NCBI GenBank assembly: GCA_028826165.1
Contig: JAPDFW010000100.1
Location: 124,001-188,000 of the forward strand
Source of the DNA: Anaeramoeba ignava BMAN
Lineage: Eukaryota; Protista; Anaeramoebae
Direction: 5' to 3'
Length of the DNA stretch: 64,000 bases
The position numbers and the translations under genes were made by a program. This document shows positions 40,086-51,102 of the stretch, one piece after another (the stretch's first letter is position 1; the number at the start of each line of letters is the position of its first letter). Below the pieces are notes generated by a model, which worked only from the letters and a program-made list of their open reading frames with translations, searched no databases and had not been told where the DNA came from.

Positions 40086-40676
40086 TCACATTAATAAACA
40101 TTTTCCTTTCTTCTTCTTTTCATTTTCATTTTGATTTTGATTTTGATTTTCATTTTGATTTGGGATTTTAAAAGAAATAATTTCATAAAATAATTGATTA
40201 ATATTTTCTCCATTTTTAGCAGAAGTTTCAATAAATTTACAATTTAATTTATTTGCTAATTCTTTTCCTTCTTCAATAGAAATTGCTCTTTTCATTGTTA
40301 AATCACTTTTATTTCCAATTAAAACTTTTGGATGATTTTCTGATTTATATTTTTTAATAGAATTATAATAATGAAAAATTTCTTTATAACTATTTCTATC
40401 AGTAATTGAATAAACATAAATAAATAATTCATAACCTCTTGCCAAATTTTCGATATAAGGCCAATATTCTTGACAACCTGCTGTATCAAGTATTCTTAAT
40501 AATATTTTTTTATTATTAAAATCAATTTCTTTTCTAAATTCTTCTTCAATAGTTGGATCATATTCTTCAATAAATTTATCTTCTACAAATCTTATTGCTA
40601 TTGATGATTTCCCAACTGCTCCAGCTCCAAATAATCCTATTTTTAATTCTAAATCATATTCTTTATTTAAATTCAT
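40086..40676 (-). CDS. Ras-like small GTPase #5 (GAGAVGKS / YDPTI / DTAGC / CLLM)
   Basis: True ATG at 40676; G-boxes and CaaX. Confidence 0.92.
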   Translation of the reverse strand: MNLNKEYDLELKIGLFGAGAVGKSSIAIRFVEDKFIEEYDPTIEEEFRKEIDFNNKKILLRILDTAGCQEYWPYIENLARGYELFIYVYSITDRNSYKEIFHYYNSIKKYKSENHPKVLIGNKSDLTMKRAISIEEGKELANKLNCKFIETSAKNGENINQLFYEIISFKIPNQNENQNQNQNENEKKKKGKCLLM

Positions 40677-40773
40677 TTCAAATAAAAAAATGAAAAGAAA
40701 AAAATGAAAAATTAATTTTTTCAATTTTTTATTTCATTTTTTTAAAAAAAATATAAAAATTGAAATATAAAAA

Positions 40774-41359
40774 TCACATTAATAAACATTTTCCTTTCTT
40801 TTTCTTTTCATTTTGATTTTGATTTTGATTTTGATTTTGATTTTCTTTTTGAATTTTCAAAGAAATAATTTCATAAAATAATTGATTAATATTTTCATTA
40901 GTTTTAGCAGAAGTTTCAATAAATTTACAATTCAATTTATTTGCTAATTCTTTTCCTTCTTCAATAGAAACTTTTCTTTTCATTGTTAAATCACTTTTAT
41001 TTCCAATTAAAATTTTTGGATGATTTTCTTTAATTTTTTCAACTCTTTCAAAATAATAACGAAAAATGTCTTTATAACTTGATTTATCAGTAATTGAATA
41101 AACATAAATAAATAATTCATAATCTCTTGCCAAATTTTCAATATTAGGTAAATATTCTTCACAACATGCTGTATCAAGTATATTTAATAATATTTTTTTA
41201 TCATTTAAAATCAATTTCTTTTTTATATTCATCTTCAATAGTTGGATCATATAATTCAATAAATTTATTTTCTACAAATCTTATTGTTATTGTTGATTTT
41301 CCAACTCCTCCAGCTCCAAATAATACAATTTTTGTTTCAATATATTTATTAAAATTCAT
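40774..41359 (-). CDS. Ras-like small GTPase #6 (GAGGVGKS / YDPTI / DTACC); frameshift near 41208
   Basis: [22 protein letters not shown] from 41359 joins ORF 40774-41259 after an A-run shift. Confidence 0.85.
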
Positions 41360-41446
41360 TTCAAATAAAAAATGAAAAGAAAAAAATGAAAATTTTATTT
41401 TTATTCCACTTTTTTAAAAAAGAATATAAAAATTGGAATATAAAAA

Positions 41447-42036
41447 TCACATCAATAAACATTTTCCTTTCTTATTCTTCTTTTCATTTTGATTTTGATT
41501 TTGATTTTCATTTTCTTTTTGAATTTTCAAAGAAATAATTTGGGAAAATGATTGATTAATATTTTCTCCATTTTTAGCAGAAGTTTCAATAAATTTACAA
41601 TTCAATTCCTTTGCTAATTCTTTTCCTTCTTGAGTTTTAACTTTTCTTTTTGTTAATAAATCATTTTTATTTCCAATTAAAATTTTTGGATGATTTTTTT
41701 TAATTTTTTCAATTCTTTCAAAATAATAATGAAAAATTTCTTCATAACTTGATTTATCAGTAATTGAATAAATATAAATAAATAAATCATAATCTTTTGC
41801 CCAATTTTCAATATAAGGCCAATATTCTTCAGCACCAACTGTATCAAGTACTCTTAATAATATTTTTTTATTATTAAAATCAACTATTTTCCGATATTCA
41901 TCTTCAATAAATGGATCAAAATCTTCTTCAATAAATCTATTTTCAAAAAATCTCATTGTTATTGATGATTTTCCAACTCCTCTATTTCCAATTAATGCAA
42001 TTTTTGTTTCAATATATTTTTTAATTTTATTTTCAT
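41447..42036 (-). CDS. Ras-like small GTPase #7 (GNRGVGKS / FDPFI / DTVGA); frameshift just after ATG
   Basis: KYIETKIALIGNRGVGKSSITMRF continues into ORF 41447-41956. Confidence 0.85.
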
Positions 42037-42096
42037 TTAAAAATTAAATTTCAAATTAAAAAGAAAAAGAACTTTTTAAAAAAATAAAATCAAAAA

Positions 42097-42675
42097 TCAC
42101 ATCAATAAACATTTTCCTTTCTTTTTCTTTTGATTTTCATTTTGATTTTCATTATTTTTTGGAATTCCACAAAGAGTTGCTTCATAAAATAATTGATTAA
42201 TATTTTCATTAGTTTTAGCAGAAGTTTCAATATATTTGCAATTCAATTTATTTGCTAATTCTTTTCCTTCTTTTGTTTTAACAACTCTTTTTGTAAATAA
42301 ATCACTTTTATTTCCAATTAAAATTTTTGGATGATTTTCTTTTTTATATTTTTTAATATAATTACAATAATATAAAATTTCTTGAAAACTATCTCTATCA
42401 TTTATTGAATAAACCAAAACAAATATTTCACTCATTTCAACCCATGATTGTACATATGCACTTTCTTCAGCTGCTGCTGTATCAAGTATTCTTAATAATA
42501 TTATTTTATTATTTAAACAAATTTCTTTTCTATATTCATCTTCAATAGTTGGATCATATTCTTCCAAAAAAATATCCTGTATAAATCTTATTGTTATTGT
42601 TGATTTACCAACTCCTTGTTTTCCAAATAATCCAATTTTTAATTCTAAATAATCTTTATTCAAATCCAAATTCAT
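42097..42675 (-). CDS. Ras-like small GTPase #8 (GKQGVGKS / YDPTI / DTAAA / CLLM)
   Basis: 192-aa ORF with G-boxes and CaaX. Confidence 0.92.
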   Translation of the reverse strand: MNLDLNKDYLELKIGLFGKQGVGKSTITIRFIQDIFLEEYDPTIEDEYRKEICLNNKIILLRILDTAAAEESAYVQSWVEMSEIFVLVYSINDRDSFQEILYYCNYIKKYKKENHPKILIGNKSDLFTKRVVKTKEGKELANKLNCKYIETSAKTNENINQLFYEATLCGIPKNNENQNENQKKKKGKCLLM

Positions 42676-42774
42676 TTCAAAGATAAAAAAATGAAAAGAA
42701 AAAAATGAAAAATTAATTTTTGCAATTTTTTTATTCCATTTTTTTAAAATAAAAATAAAATTAGAATATAAAAA

Positions 42775-43371
42775 TCACATCAATAAACATTTTCCTTTCT
42801 TATTCTTATTTTGATTTTTCTTTTGATTTTTCTTTGGATTTTTTAATTCTCCAATTCCAAGAATAGAAGCTTCATAAAATAATTGATTAATATTTTCTAC
42901 ATTTTTAGCAGAAGTTTCAATAAATTTACAATTTAATTTATTTGCTAATTCTTTTCCTTCTTTTGTTTTAACAACTCTTTTTGTAAATAAATCATTTTTA
43001 TTTCCAATTAAAATTTTGCGATAATTTTCATTTCCATCAAGACATTTAGTTGCACTTTTATGAAAATCAATAATTCTTTCAAAACTATCTCTATCAGTAA
43101 TTGAATAAACATAAACAAAAACTTGCGAATATCTTGCCCATCTCCAAGATATTTGATAATATTCTTCACCACGTGCTGTATCAAGTGTATTTAATGATAT
43201 TTTTTTATCATTTAAATCAAATATTTTTCTATATTCTTCTTCAATAGTTGGATCATAATCTCCAATAAAAATATTTTGTATAAATCTTATTGTTATTGTT
43301 GATTTACCAACTCCTCCAGCTCCAAATAATCCAATTCTTAATTGTAATTCATTATCATTATCCAAATTCAT
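42775..43371 (-). CDS. Ras-like small GTPase #9 (GAGGVGKS / YDPTI / DTARG / CLLM)
   Basis: 198-aa ORF with G-boxes and CaaX. Confidence 0.92.
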   Translation of the reverse strand: MNLDNDNELQLRIGLFGAGGVGKSTITIRFIQNIFIGDYDPTIEEEYRKIFDLNDKKISLNTLDTARGEEYYQISWRWARYSQVFVYVYSITDRDSFERIIDFHKSATKCLDGNENYRKILIGNKNDLFTKRVVKTKEGKELANKLNCKFIETSAKNVENINQLFYEASILGIGELKNPKKNQKKNQNKNKKGKCLLM

Positions 43372-43466
43372 TTTAAAGATAAAAAAATGAAAAAGAAAAA
43401 AATGAAATTAATTTTTTGGATTTTTATTCCTCTTTTTAAAAAAAATATAAAATTGGAATATAAAAA

Positions 43467-44043
43467 TCACATTAATGAACATTTCCCTTTCTTATTCTCA
43501 TTTTCATTTTGATTTGGATTTTCTAATTCTTCAATTCCAAGAAGAGCAGATTCATAAAATAATTGTTGAATATTTTCTCCAGTTTTAGCAGAAGTTTCAA
43601 TAAATTTACAATTTAATTTATTTGCTAATTCTTTTCCTTCTTCAATAGAAATTGCTCTTTTCATTGTTAAATCACTTTTATTTCCAATTAAAATTTTTGG
43701 ATGATTTTTTTTAATTTTTTGGATCATTTTCTGGATTTTTTTCATTCTTTTAAAACTATCTCTATCACTAATTGAATAAACATAAACAACAACTTGTGAG
43801 TATCTTGCCCATCTCACATAAACTGAGTAAAATTCTTCAGCTGTTGCTGTATCAAGTATATTTAACATTATTTTTTTATCATTTAATTCAATTTCTTTTT
43901 TATATTCTTCTTCAATAGTTGGATCATATTCTTCAATAAAATGATTAGTTATAAATCTTATTGTTATTGTTGATTTACCAACTCCTTGTTTTCCAAATAA
44001 TCCGATTCTTAATATCCAAATTAAACAAATTATTCAATTCCAT
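43467..44043 (-). CDS. Ras-like small GTPase #10 (GKQGVGKS / YDPTI / DTATA / CSLM); frameshift near 44012
   Basis: [20 protein letters not shown] upstream continues into ORF 43467-43868; ATG at 44043 is out of frame. Confidence 0.83.
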
Positions 44044-44120
44044 TTTAAATTTTTGAAATGAAAAGAAAAAATAATTTTTCAAAAATTTAAAAAATAAAAA
44101 TAAAATTACAAAAAAAAAAA

Positions 44121-44733
44121 TCACATCAATAAACATTTTCCTTTCTTTTTCTTATTTTGATTCTTTTGATTCTCATTTTGATTTTGATTTTGATTATTTT
44201 TTAATTCTTCAATTCCAAGAAGAGAAGATTCATAAAATAATTGATTAAAATTTTCTCCAGTTTTAGCAGAAGTTTCAATAAATTTACAATTTAATTTCTT
44301 TGCTAATTCTTTTCCTTCTTTTGTTTTAACTTCTCTTTTTGTAAATAAATCACTTTTATTTCCAATTAAAATTTTTGGATAATCTTTTTTAATTTCATCA
44401 TTTCCAAAACATTTTTCAAATTTTTCATCAAGTTAATAATTATTTCAAAAAACTATTTCTATCAGTAATTGAATAAATATAAACAAAAACTATGCGAATA
44501 ACTTGAAATCTCCAATCAATAATATAATATTCTTCAGATCCTACAGTATCAAAAATATTTATTAATATTTTTTCATAATTTAAATCAACAATTTTTCTAT
44601 AAGCTTCTTCAATATTTGGTTCATAATCTTCAATAAAAATATTTCTTATAAATCTTCTTGTTATTGCTGTTTTTCCAACTCCTCCATTTCCAAATAATCC
44701 AATTCTTAATTGTAATTTATTTTTATTATTCAA
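44121..44733 (-). pseudogene. Ras-like small GTPase #11 (GNGGVGKT / YEPNI / DTVGS); TTG in place of ATG plus indels near 44430-44450
   Basis: Several lesions, but the 3' half ([12 protein letters not shown]...KCLLM) is intact; could still be sequencing error. Confidence 0.65.
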
Positions 44734-44812
44734 TTTTTTAAAGAAATGAAAAGAAAAATGAAATAAAATTTTTAAGAATTTTTAAAAAAATAAATTTAAT
44801 TCAAAAAAAAAA

Positions 44813-45391
44813 TCACATTAATAAACATTTTCCTTTCTTTTTCTTATTTTGATTCTTTTGATTTTCATTTTCTTTCTTTTTTAATTCTTCAAATGCAAGA
44901 AGAGAAGATTCATAAAATAATTGATTAATATTTTCATTAGTTTTAGCAGAAGTTTCAATAAATTTACAATTTATTTTCTTTGCTAATTCTTTTCCTTCTT
45001 TTGTTTTTACAACTCTTTTCATTGTTAAATCACTTTTATTTCCAATTAAAATTTTTGGATAATCTTCAACATCAAAAACTAATTGAATTTGTTTATGAAA
45101 TTCTAAAATATCTTCCAAAGTTGATTTGTCAAGAACAGAATAAATAAGAGCAAAAGAATGACATTCTCTAATCCAACGATCCATTAAATATGGGAATTCT
45201 TGATAAACAAATTTATGGATTTTTGTTGTAATAACTGCTTCATTTAAAATACAAATTCTGAAAAATTCATCATCAATTGGTGGATCATATTGTTCAGAAA
45301 AAGCTCCATTAATTATTCTTCTAACTATTGATGATTTTCCAACTCCTCCTCTTCCAATTATTCCAATACATACTTCTATTCCATTATCCAT
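44813..45391 (-). CDS. Ras-like protein #12 (GRGGVGKS / YDPPI / KFVYQ - G3 lost / CLLM)
   Basis: 192-aa ORF. Confidence 0.9.
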   Translation of the reverse strand: MDNGIEVCIGIIGRGGVGKSSIVRRIINGAFSEQYDPPIDDEFFRICILNEAVITTKIHKFVYQEFPYLMDRWIRECHSFALIYSVLDKSTLEDILEFHKQIQLVFDVEDYPKILIGNKSDLTMKRVVKTKEGKELAKKINCKFIETSAKTNENINQLFYESSLLAFEELKKKENENQKNQNKKKKGKCLLM

Positions 45392-45520
45392 TATTTTTCT
45401 TTTATTTATTTTGAATGAAAAAAATGAAAAAAATGAAAATGAAAATGAAAAAATTTTCTTTTTGATTCATTCAATAAATAATTTAAAAGATGAAAAAAAT
45501 CTCAAATGAAAGTTTTTTTT

Positions 45521-46120
45521 TCACATTAATAAACATTTTCCTTTTTTCTTTTTCATTTGATTTTGATTTTGATTTTGATTTTGATTTTGATTTTGATTTT
45601 GGATTTTTAAATTGAAAGATTCATAAAATAATTGATTAATATTTTCTCCAGTTTTAGCAGAAGTTTCAATAAATTTACAATTTATTTTCTTTGCTAATTC
45701 TTTTCCTTCTTTTGTTTTAATAACTCTTTTCATTGTTAAATCATTTTTATTTCCAATTAAAATTTTTGGATAATCTTCAACATTAAGAATATTTTTAATT
45801 CTTTTATAATGATAATTTAAAATTTGATTAAAACTATATTTATCAGTAATTGAATAAACTAAAAAGAAAATATTTGATTGTTTGCATAATTCTGGGAAAT
45901 AATCACCATATTCTTCTCGAGGTGTTGAATTAAAAATCAAAAAAGTTATTTTTTCATTATTGAAATTAAATATTTTGGAAAATTGTTCATCAATTAATGG
46001 AGAATATTCTTCATTAAATTTATTTTCGGTAAATTTTAATATTATTGATGATCTTCCAACTCCTCCACTTCCAAATAATCCAATTTTTACTTCATAATCA
46101 AATGATTTATTATTTTTCAT
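45521..46120 (-). CDS. Ras-like protein #13 (GSGGVGRS / YSPLI / NSTPR - G3 lost / CLLM)
   Basis: 199-aa ORF. Confidence 0.9.
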   Translation of the reverse strand: MKNNKSFDYEVKIGLFGSGGVGRSSIILKFTENKFNEEYSPLIDEQFSKIFNFNNEKITFLIFNSTPREEYGDYFPELCKQSNIFFLVYSITDKYSFNQILNYHYKRIKNILNVEDYPKILIGNKNDLTMKRVIKTKEGKELAKKINCKFIETSAKTGENINQLFYESFNLKIQNQNQNQNQNQNQNQMKKKKGKCLLM

Positions 46121-46214
46121 TTTTTTTTATTAAATCAAAAATGAAAAAAATGAAAACTTTTTTTTTTGATAATTATAAATTAAATCAAATAAATTGTTTT
46201 AAAATAAATTATTT

Positions 46215-46821
46215 TCACATTAATAAACATTTTCCTTTTTTCTTTTTCATTTGATTTTGATTTTGATTTTGATTTTGATTTTTGATTTTCTTTATTTTTT
46301 AATTCTTCAAATGCAAGAAGAGAAGATTCATAAAATAATTGATTAATATTTTCTCCAGTTTTAGCAGAAGTTTCAATATATTTACAATTTAAATTTCTTG
46401 CTAATTCTTTTCCTTGTTTAATTGAAATTTCTCTTTTCATTGTTAAATCACTTTTATTTCCAATTAAAATTTTTGGATAATCTTTTCTAATTTTTTTGAT
46501 TGAATAATTATGATAATTTAAAATTTCATCAAAACTATATTTATCAATAATTGAATAAATCAAAACAAAAACTTGTGAATATTCAACCCATCTTGGAAAT
46601 GGATCATAAATTTCTTGTGGATATGTTGTATCAAGTACTTTTAATAATATTTTTTTATCATTTAATTCAATTTCTTTTGTATATTCATCTTCAACATTTG
46701 GATCATATTCTTCAATAAACATATTATGTGTAAATTTTATTGTTATTGATGATTTCCCAACTCCTCCAGCTCCAAATATACCAATTCTTAAATCATAATC
46801 AAATGATTTATTATTTTCCAT
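46215..46821 (-). CDS. Ras-like small GTPase #14 (GAGGVGKS / YDPNV / DTTYP); frameshift in NQ tail
   Basis: [12 protein letters not shown] is present at 46215-46245 in a shifted frame. Confidence 0.87.
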
Positions 46822-46991
46822 TTTTTTTTATTAATTTAAAAATGAAAAAAATGAAAACTTTTTTTTTTAAAATTTTTTTTTTGATAATTAAAAATCAAAA
46901 CAAATAAATTGATTAAAACAAATTGAGAATAAGAAGATTGTCTGTTTAAAATATCATTTTACTTTTTCAAAAGTTTTTAAAAAACTTATTA

Positions 46992-47573
46992 TCACATTAA
47001 TAAACATTTTCCTTTTTTCTTTTTGTTTTGATTTTCTTTATTTTTTAATTCTTGAATTGCAAGAAGAGAAGCTTCATAAAATAATTGATTAAGATTTTCA
47101 CCAGTTTTAGCAGAAGTTTCAATATATTTACAATTTAATTGTTTTGCTAATTCTTTTCCTTTTTTTGTTTTAACTTCTCTTTTTGTAAATAAATCACTTT
47201 TATTTCCAATTAAAATTTTTGGATAATCTTGAACATTAAGAATATTTTTAATTCTTTTATAATGATAATTTAAAATTTCACCAAAACTATATTTATCAAT
47301 AATTGAATAAACTAAAACAAAAACTTGTGAAAATTCAACCCATCTTGGAAATGGATCACAAAATTCTTCTGGATATGCTGTATCAAGTACTTTTAATAAT
47401 ATTTTTTTATCATTTAATTCAATTTCTTTTATATATTCATCTTCAATAGTTGGATCATATTCTTCAATAAAAATATTATGTGTAAATTTTATTGTTATTG
47501 TTGATTTCCCAACTCCTCCAGCTCCAAATATACCAATTCTTAATTCATAATCAAATGATTTATTATTTTCCAT
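46992..47573 (-). CDS. Ras-like small GTPase #15 (GAGGVGKS / YDPTI / DTAYP / CLLM)
   Basis: 193-aa ORF. Confidence 0.92.
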   Translation of the reverse strand: MENNKSFDYELRIGIFGAGGVGKSTITIKFTHNIFIEEYDPTIEDEYIKEIELNDKKILLKVLDTAYPEEFCDPFPRWVEFSQVFVLVYSIIDKYSFGEILNYHYKRIKNILNVQDYPKILIGNKSDLFTKREVKTKKGKELAKQLNCKYIETSAKTGENLNQLFYEASLLAIQELKNKENQNKKKKGKCLLM

Positions 47574-47741
47574 TTTTTTTTATTAATTTAAAAATGAAAA
47601 AAATGAAAACTTTTTTTTAAAATTTTTTTTTTGATAATTATAAATTAAATCAAATAAATTGTTTAAAACAAATTGAGGATAAGAAGATTATCTGTTTAAA
47701 ATATCATTTTACTTTTTCAAAAGTTTTTAAAAAACTTATTA

Positions 47742-48323
47742 TCACATTAATAAACATTTTCCTTTTTTCTTTTTGTTTTGATTTTTAAATTTATTTGGAT
47801 TTTTCTTCATTTCTTCAAATGCAAGAATAGAAGCTTCATAAAATAATTGATGAATATTTTCTCCAGTTTTAGCAGAAGTTTCAATATATTTACAATTTAA
47901 TTGTTTTGCTAATTCTTTTCCTTGTTTAGTTTTAACTTCTCTTTTTGTAAATAAATCACTTTTATTTCCAATTAAAATTTTTGGATAATCTTGAACATTA
48001 AGGAAATGAAGAATTTTTTCATGAATTTCAAGAATTTCTTGAAAACTAGATTTATCAATAATTGAATAAATCAAAACAAAAACTTGTGAATATTCAACCC
48101 ATCTTTGAAATGGATCATAAATATCACGAGGATATGCAGTATCAAGTATACTTGTGTATAATTTTTGATCATTTAATTCATTTAATCTTCTATATTCATC
48201 TTCAATACATGGATCTTGATATTCAATAAAATGATTAGTTATATATTTAACTGCTATTATTGATTTCCCAACATCTACCTTTCCAAACAATCCTATATTG
48301 AAATATAATCCTTCGTCATTCAT
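47742..48323 (-). CDS. Ras-like small GTPase #16 (GKVDVGKS / QDPCI / DTAYP / CLLM)
   Basis: Likely ATG at 48323 (MNDEGLYFNIGLFG). Confidence 0.9.
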   Translation of the reverse strand: MNDEGLYFNIGLFGKVDVGKSIIAVKYITNHFIEYQDPCIEDEYRRLNELNDQKLYTSILDTAYPRDIYDPFQRWVEYSQVFVLIYSIIDKSSFQEILEIHEKILHFLNVQDYPKILIGNKSDLFTKREVKTKQGKELAKQLNCKYIETSAKTGENIHQLFYEASILAFEEMKKNPNKFKNQNKKKKGKCLLM

Positions 48324-48421
48324 TTTTGATTTCAAAAAAAGAAAAATGAAAAAAAATGAAAAAAATTTTTCTTTGATTTTTATTCTCAAAAATTTCAATC
48401 AAAATCCAAAAAAAAAAAAAA

Positions 48422-49027
48422 TTACATCAATAAACATTTTCCTTTTTTCTTATGATATTTATTTTGGTATTTATTTGGATTCTTTTCCAAATCTTGAATT
48501 GCAAGAATTATTGATTCATAAAATAATTGATGAACATTTTCTCCAGTTTTAGCAGAAGTTTCAATAAATTTACAATTTAATTTCTTTGCTAATTCTTTTC
48601 CTTGTTTACATGTGATTCGTCTTTTTGTAAATAAATCACTTTTATTTCCAATTAAAATTTTTGGATAATCTTTTTTATTTTCATTTTTTTCAAGAAGATA
48701 TCTTTTAATTAATTCATGAAAATAATTGATTTCTTTGAAACTAAATTTATTATCAACGGAATAAACCAAAACAAAAAAATCACTAAATTTCAAGCATCTT
48801 TTAATAATAATAGAATCCTCTTCACATCCTGCTGAATCAAGTATTTCGAATATTATTTTTTCATCATTTAATTCAATTTCTTTTCTGTAAGATTCTTCAA
48901 TAGTTGGATCGTATTCTTGAATAAATTTTCCTAATAAAAACCTAATTAAAATTGTTGATTTTCCAACTCCTCCACTTCCATAAAGAACAATTCTTAAGTG
49001 AGGATTGTTCTGTTTTTTATTATTCAT
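48422..49027 (-). CDS. Ras-like small GTPase #17 (GSGGVGKS / YDPTIEESY / DSAGC / CLLM)
   Basis: 201-aa ORF. Confidence 0.92.
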   Translation of the reverse strand: MNNKKQNNPHLRIVLYGSGGVGKSTILIRFLLGKFIQEYDPTIEESYRKEIELNDEKIIFEILDSAGCEEDSIIIKRCLKFSDFFVLVYSVDNKFSFKEINYFHELIKRYLLEKNENKKDYPKILIGNKSDLFTKRRITCKQGKELAKKLNCKFIETSAKTGENVHQLFYESIILAIQDLEKNPNKYQNKYHKKKGKCLLM

Positions 49028-49087
49028 TTTTAAAAAAACAAATAAGAAGAAAAATGAAAAATCAATTCAAAAAAAAAAAATCAAAAA

Positions 49088-49687
49088 TCACATCAAAAAA
49101 CATTTCCCTTTCTTATTTTTCTTTTTCTTTTTCTTTTGATTTAGATTTTCTTCTTCTATTGTTTTCAATCTTTCAATTTCAAGAAGAATTGTTTCATAAA
49201 ATAATTGATTAATATTTTCTCCAGTTTTAGCAGAAGTTTCAATAAATTTACAATTTAATTTCTTTGCTAATTCTTTTCCTTCTTTAATTGAAACTTCTCT
49301 TTTCATTGTTAAATCACTTTTATTTCCAATTAAAATTTTTGGATAATCTTTATCTTCAATATCAAGAATTCTTTTAATTCTTTCATCAAAATATTTAATT
49401 TCTTCAAAACTTTCTTTATAAGTAATAGAATAAATCAAAACAAAAATATTTGTTTCACGAACATAATTTGGAAATGGATCATAATGTTCTTCTTGGAGTG
49501 CTGTATCAAGAATAATGAATTTTATTTTCTTATCATTTAAATCATTTTTTTTTATATAAATATCAGTAATAGTTGGATCATAATCTTCAACAAAAATATC
49601 CTTTAAAAATCTTATTGTTATTGTTGATTTTCCAATTCCTCCACTTCCAAATATTCCTATTTTTATTTCTATTTCTTTATTTTCCAT
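49088..49687 (-). CDS. Ras-like small GTPase #18 (GSGGIGKS / YDPTI / DTALQ / CFLM)
   Basis: 199-aa ORF. Confidence 0.92.
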   Translation of the reverse strand: MENKEIEIKIGIFGSGGIGKSTITIRFLKDIFVEDYDPTITDIYIKKNDLNDKKIKFIILDTALQEEHYDPFPNYVRETNIFVLIYSITYKESFEEIKYFDERIKRILDIEDKDYPKILIGNKSDLTMKREVSIKEGKELAKKLNCKFIETSAKTGENINQLFYETILLEIERLKTIEEENLNQKKKKKKNKKGKCFLM

Positions 49688-49745
49688 TTTTGTTATTTAA
49701 AAAAATAAATAAGAAGAAAAATGAAAAAAATGAAAAAATCAAAAA

Positions 49746-50345
49746 TCACATCAAAAAACATTTTCCTTTCTTATTTTTCTTTTTCTTTTTCTTTTGATTT
49801 AGATTTTCTTCTTCTATTGTTTTCAATCTTTCAATTTCAAGAAGAATTGTTTCATAAAATAATTGATTAATATTTTCTCCAGTTTTAGCAGAAGTTTCAA
49901 TAAATTTACAATTTAATTTCTTTGCTAATTCTTTTCCTTGTTTAATTGAAACTTCTCTTTTCATTGTTAAATCACTTTTATTTCCAATTAAAATTTTTGG
50001 ATAATCTTTATCTTCAATATCAAGAATTCTTTTAATTCTTTCATTAAAATATTTAATATCTTCAAAACTTCTTTTATAAGTAATAGAATAAATCAAAACA
50101 AAAATATCTGTGTATTGCACATATCTTGGAAATGGATCATAATGTTCTTCTTGGGGTGCTGTATCAAGAATATAGAATAATATTTTCTTATTATTTAAAT
50201 CATTTTCTTTTTTATATTCATCTTCAATAGTTGGATCATAATCTTCAACAAAAATATCCTTTGAAAATCTTATTGCTATTGTTGATTTTCCAACTCCTCC
50301 ACTTCCAAATAATCCAACTTTTATTTTCATTTCTTTATTTTCCAT
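49746..50345 (-). CDS. Ras-like small GTPase #19 (GSGGVGKS / YDPTI / DTAPQ / CFLM)
   Basis: 199-aa ORF; 3' half essentially identical to #18. Confidence 0.92.
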   Translation of the reverse strand: MENKEMKIKVGLFGSGGVGKSTIAIRFSKDIFVEDYDPTIEDEYKKENDLNNKKILFYILDTAPQEEHYDPFPRYVQYTDIFVLIYSITYKRSFEDIKYFNERIKRILDIEDKDYPKILIGNKSDLTMKREVSIKQGKELAKKLNCKFIETSAKTGENINQLFYETILLEIERLKTIEEENLNQKKKKKKNKKGKCFLM

Positions 50346-50444
50346 TTTTATTATTTAAAAACAAAAAAATGAAAAAAAATGAAAAAAATGAAAAAAATGA
50401 AAAAAATGAAAAAAAATGAAAAAAATGAAAATTTTTTTTTTGAA

Positions 50445-51090
50445 TTAATAATAATTTGGAAATAAAATTAAATCAATTATTTAAAAAATGAGAAAATAAA
50501 GATTATTTGTTTAAAATTTAATTTTACTTTTTAAATTAATAATAATTTGGAAATAAAATTAAATCAATTATTTAAAAAATGAGAAAAATAAAGATTATTT
50601 GTTTAAAATTTAATTTTACTTTTTCTTGAATTAATAATAATTTGGAAATAAAATTAAATCAATTATTTAAAAAATGAGAAAATAAAGATTATTTGTTTAA
50701 AATTTGATTTTACTTTTTTTAAATTAATAATAATTTGGAAATAAAATTAAATCAATTATTTAAAAAATGAAAAATAAAGATTATTTGTTTAAAATTTAAT
50801 TTTACTTTTCTTGAATTAATAATAATTTGGAAATAAATCAAATCAATTATTTAAAAAATGAGAAAATAAAGATTATTTGTTTAAAATTTAATTTTACTTT
50901 TCTTAAATTAATAATAATTTAGAAATAAATTAAATCAATTATTTAAAAAATGAGAAAATAAAGATTATTTGTTTAAAATTTGATTTTACTTTTTTTAAAT
51001 TAATAATAATTTGGAAATAAATCAAATCAATTATTTAAAAAATGAAAAAATAAAGATTATTTGTTTAAAATTTGATTTTACTTTTTTTAA
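50445..51090. repeat. ~92-bp intergenic minisatellite, 7 copies
   Basis: TTAATAATAATTTGGAAATAAAATTAAATCAATTATTTAAAAAATGAGAAAATAAAGATTATTTGTTTAAAATT... at 50445, 50536, 50631, 50724, 50816, 50908 and 51000. Confidence 0.92.
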
Positions 51091-51102
51091 AAAAATCAAA
51101 AT

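Noticed and set aside
39991-48398. Hydrophobic N-terminal extensions on Ras ORFs 39562-40101, 40086-40724 and 47742-48398
   Set aside because: Artefacts of upstream non-ATG starts or the ATG of the previous gene's CaaX Met reading through T-rich spacers; paralog alignment places starts at 39990, 40676 and 48323
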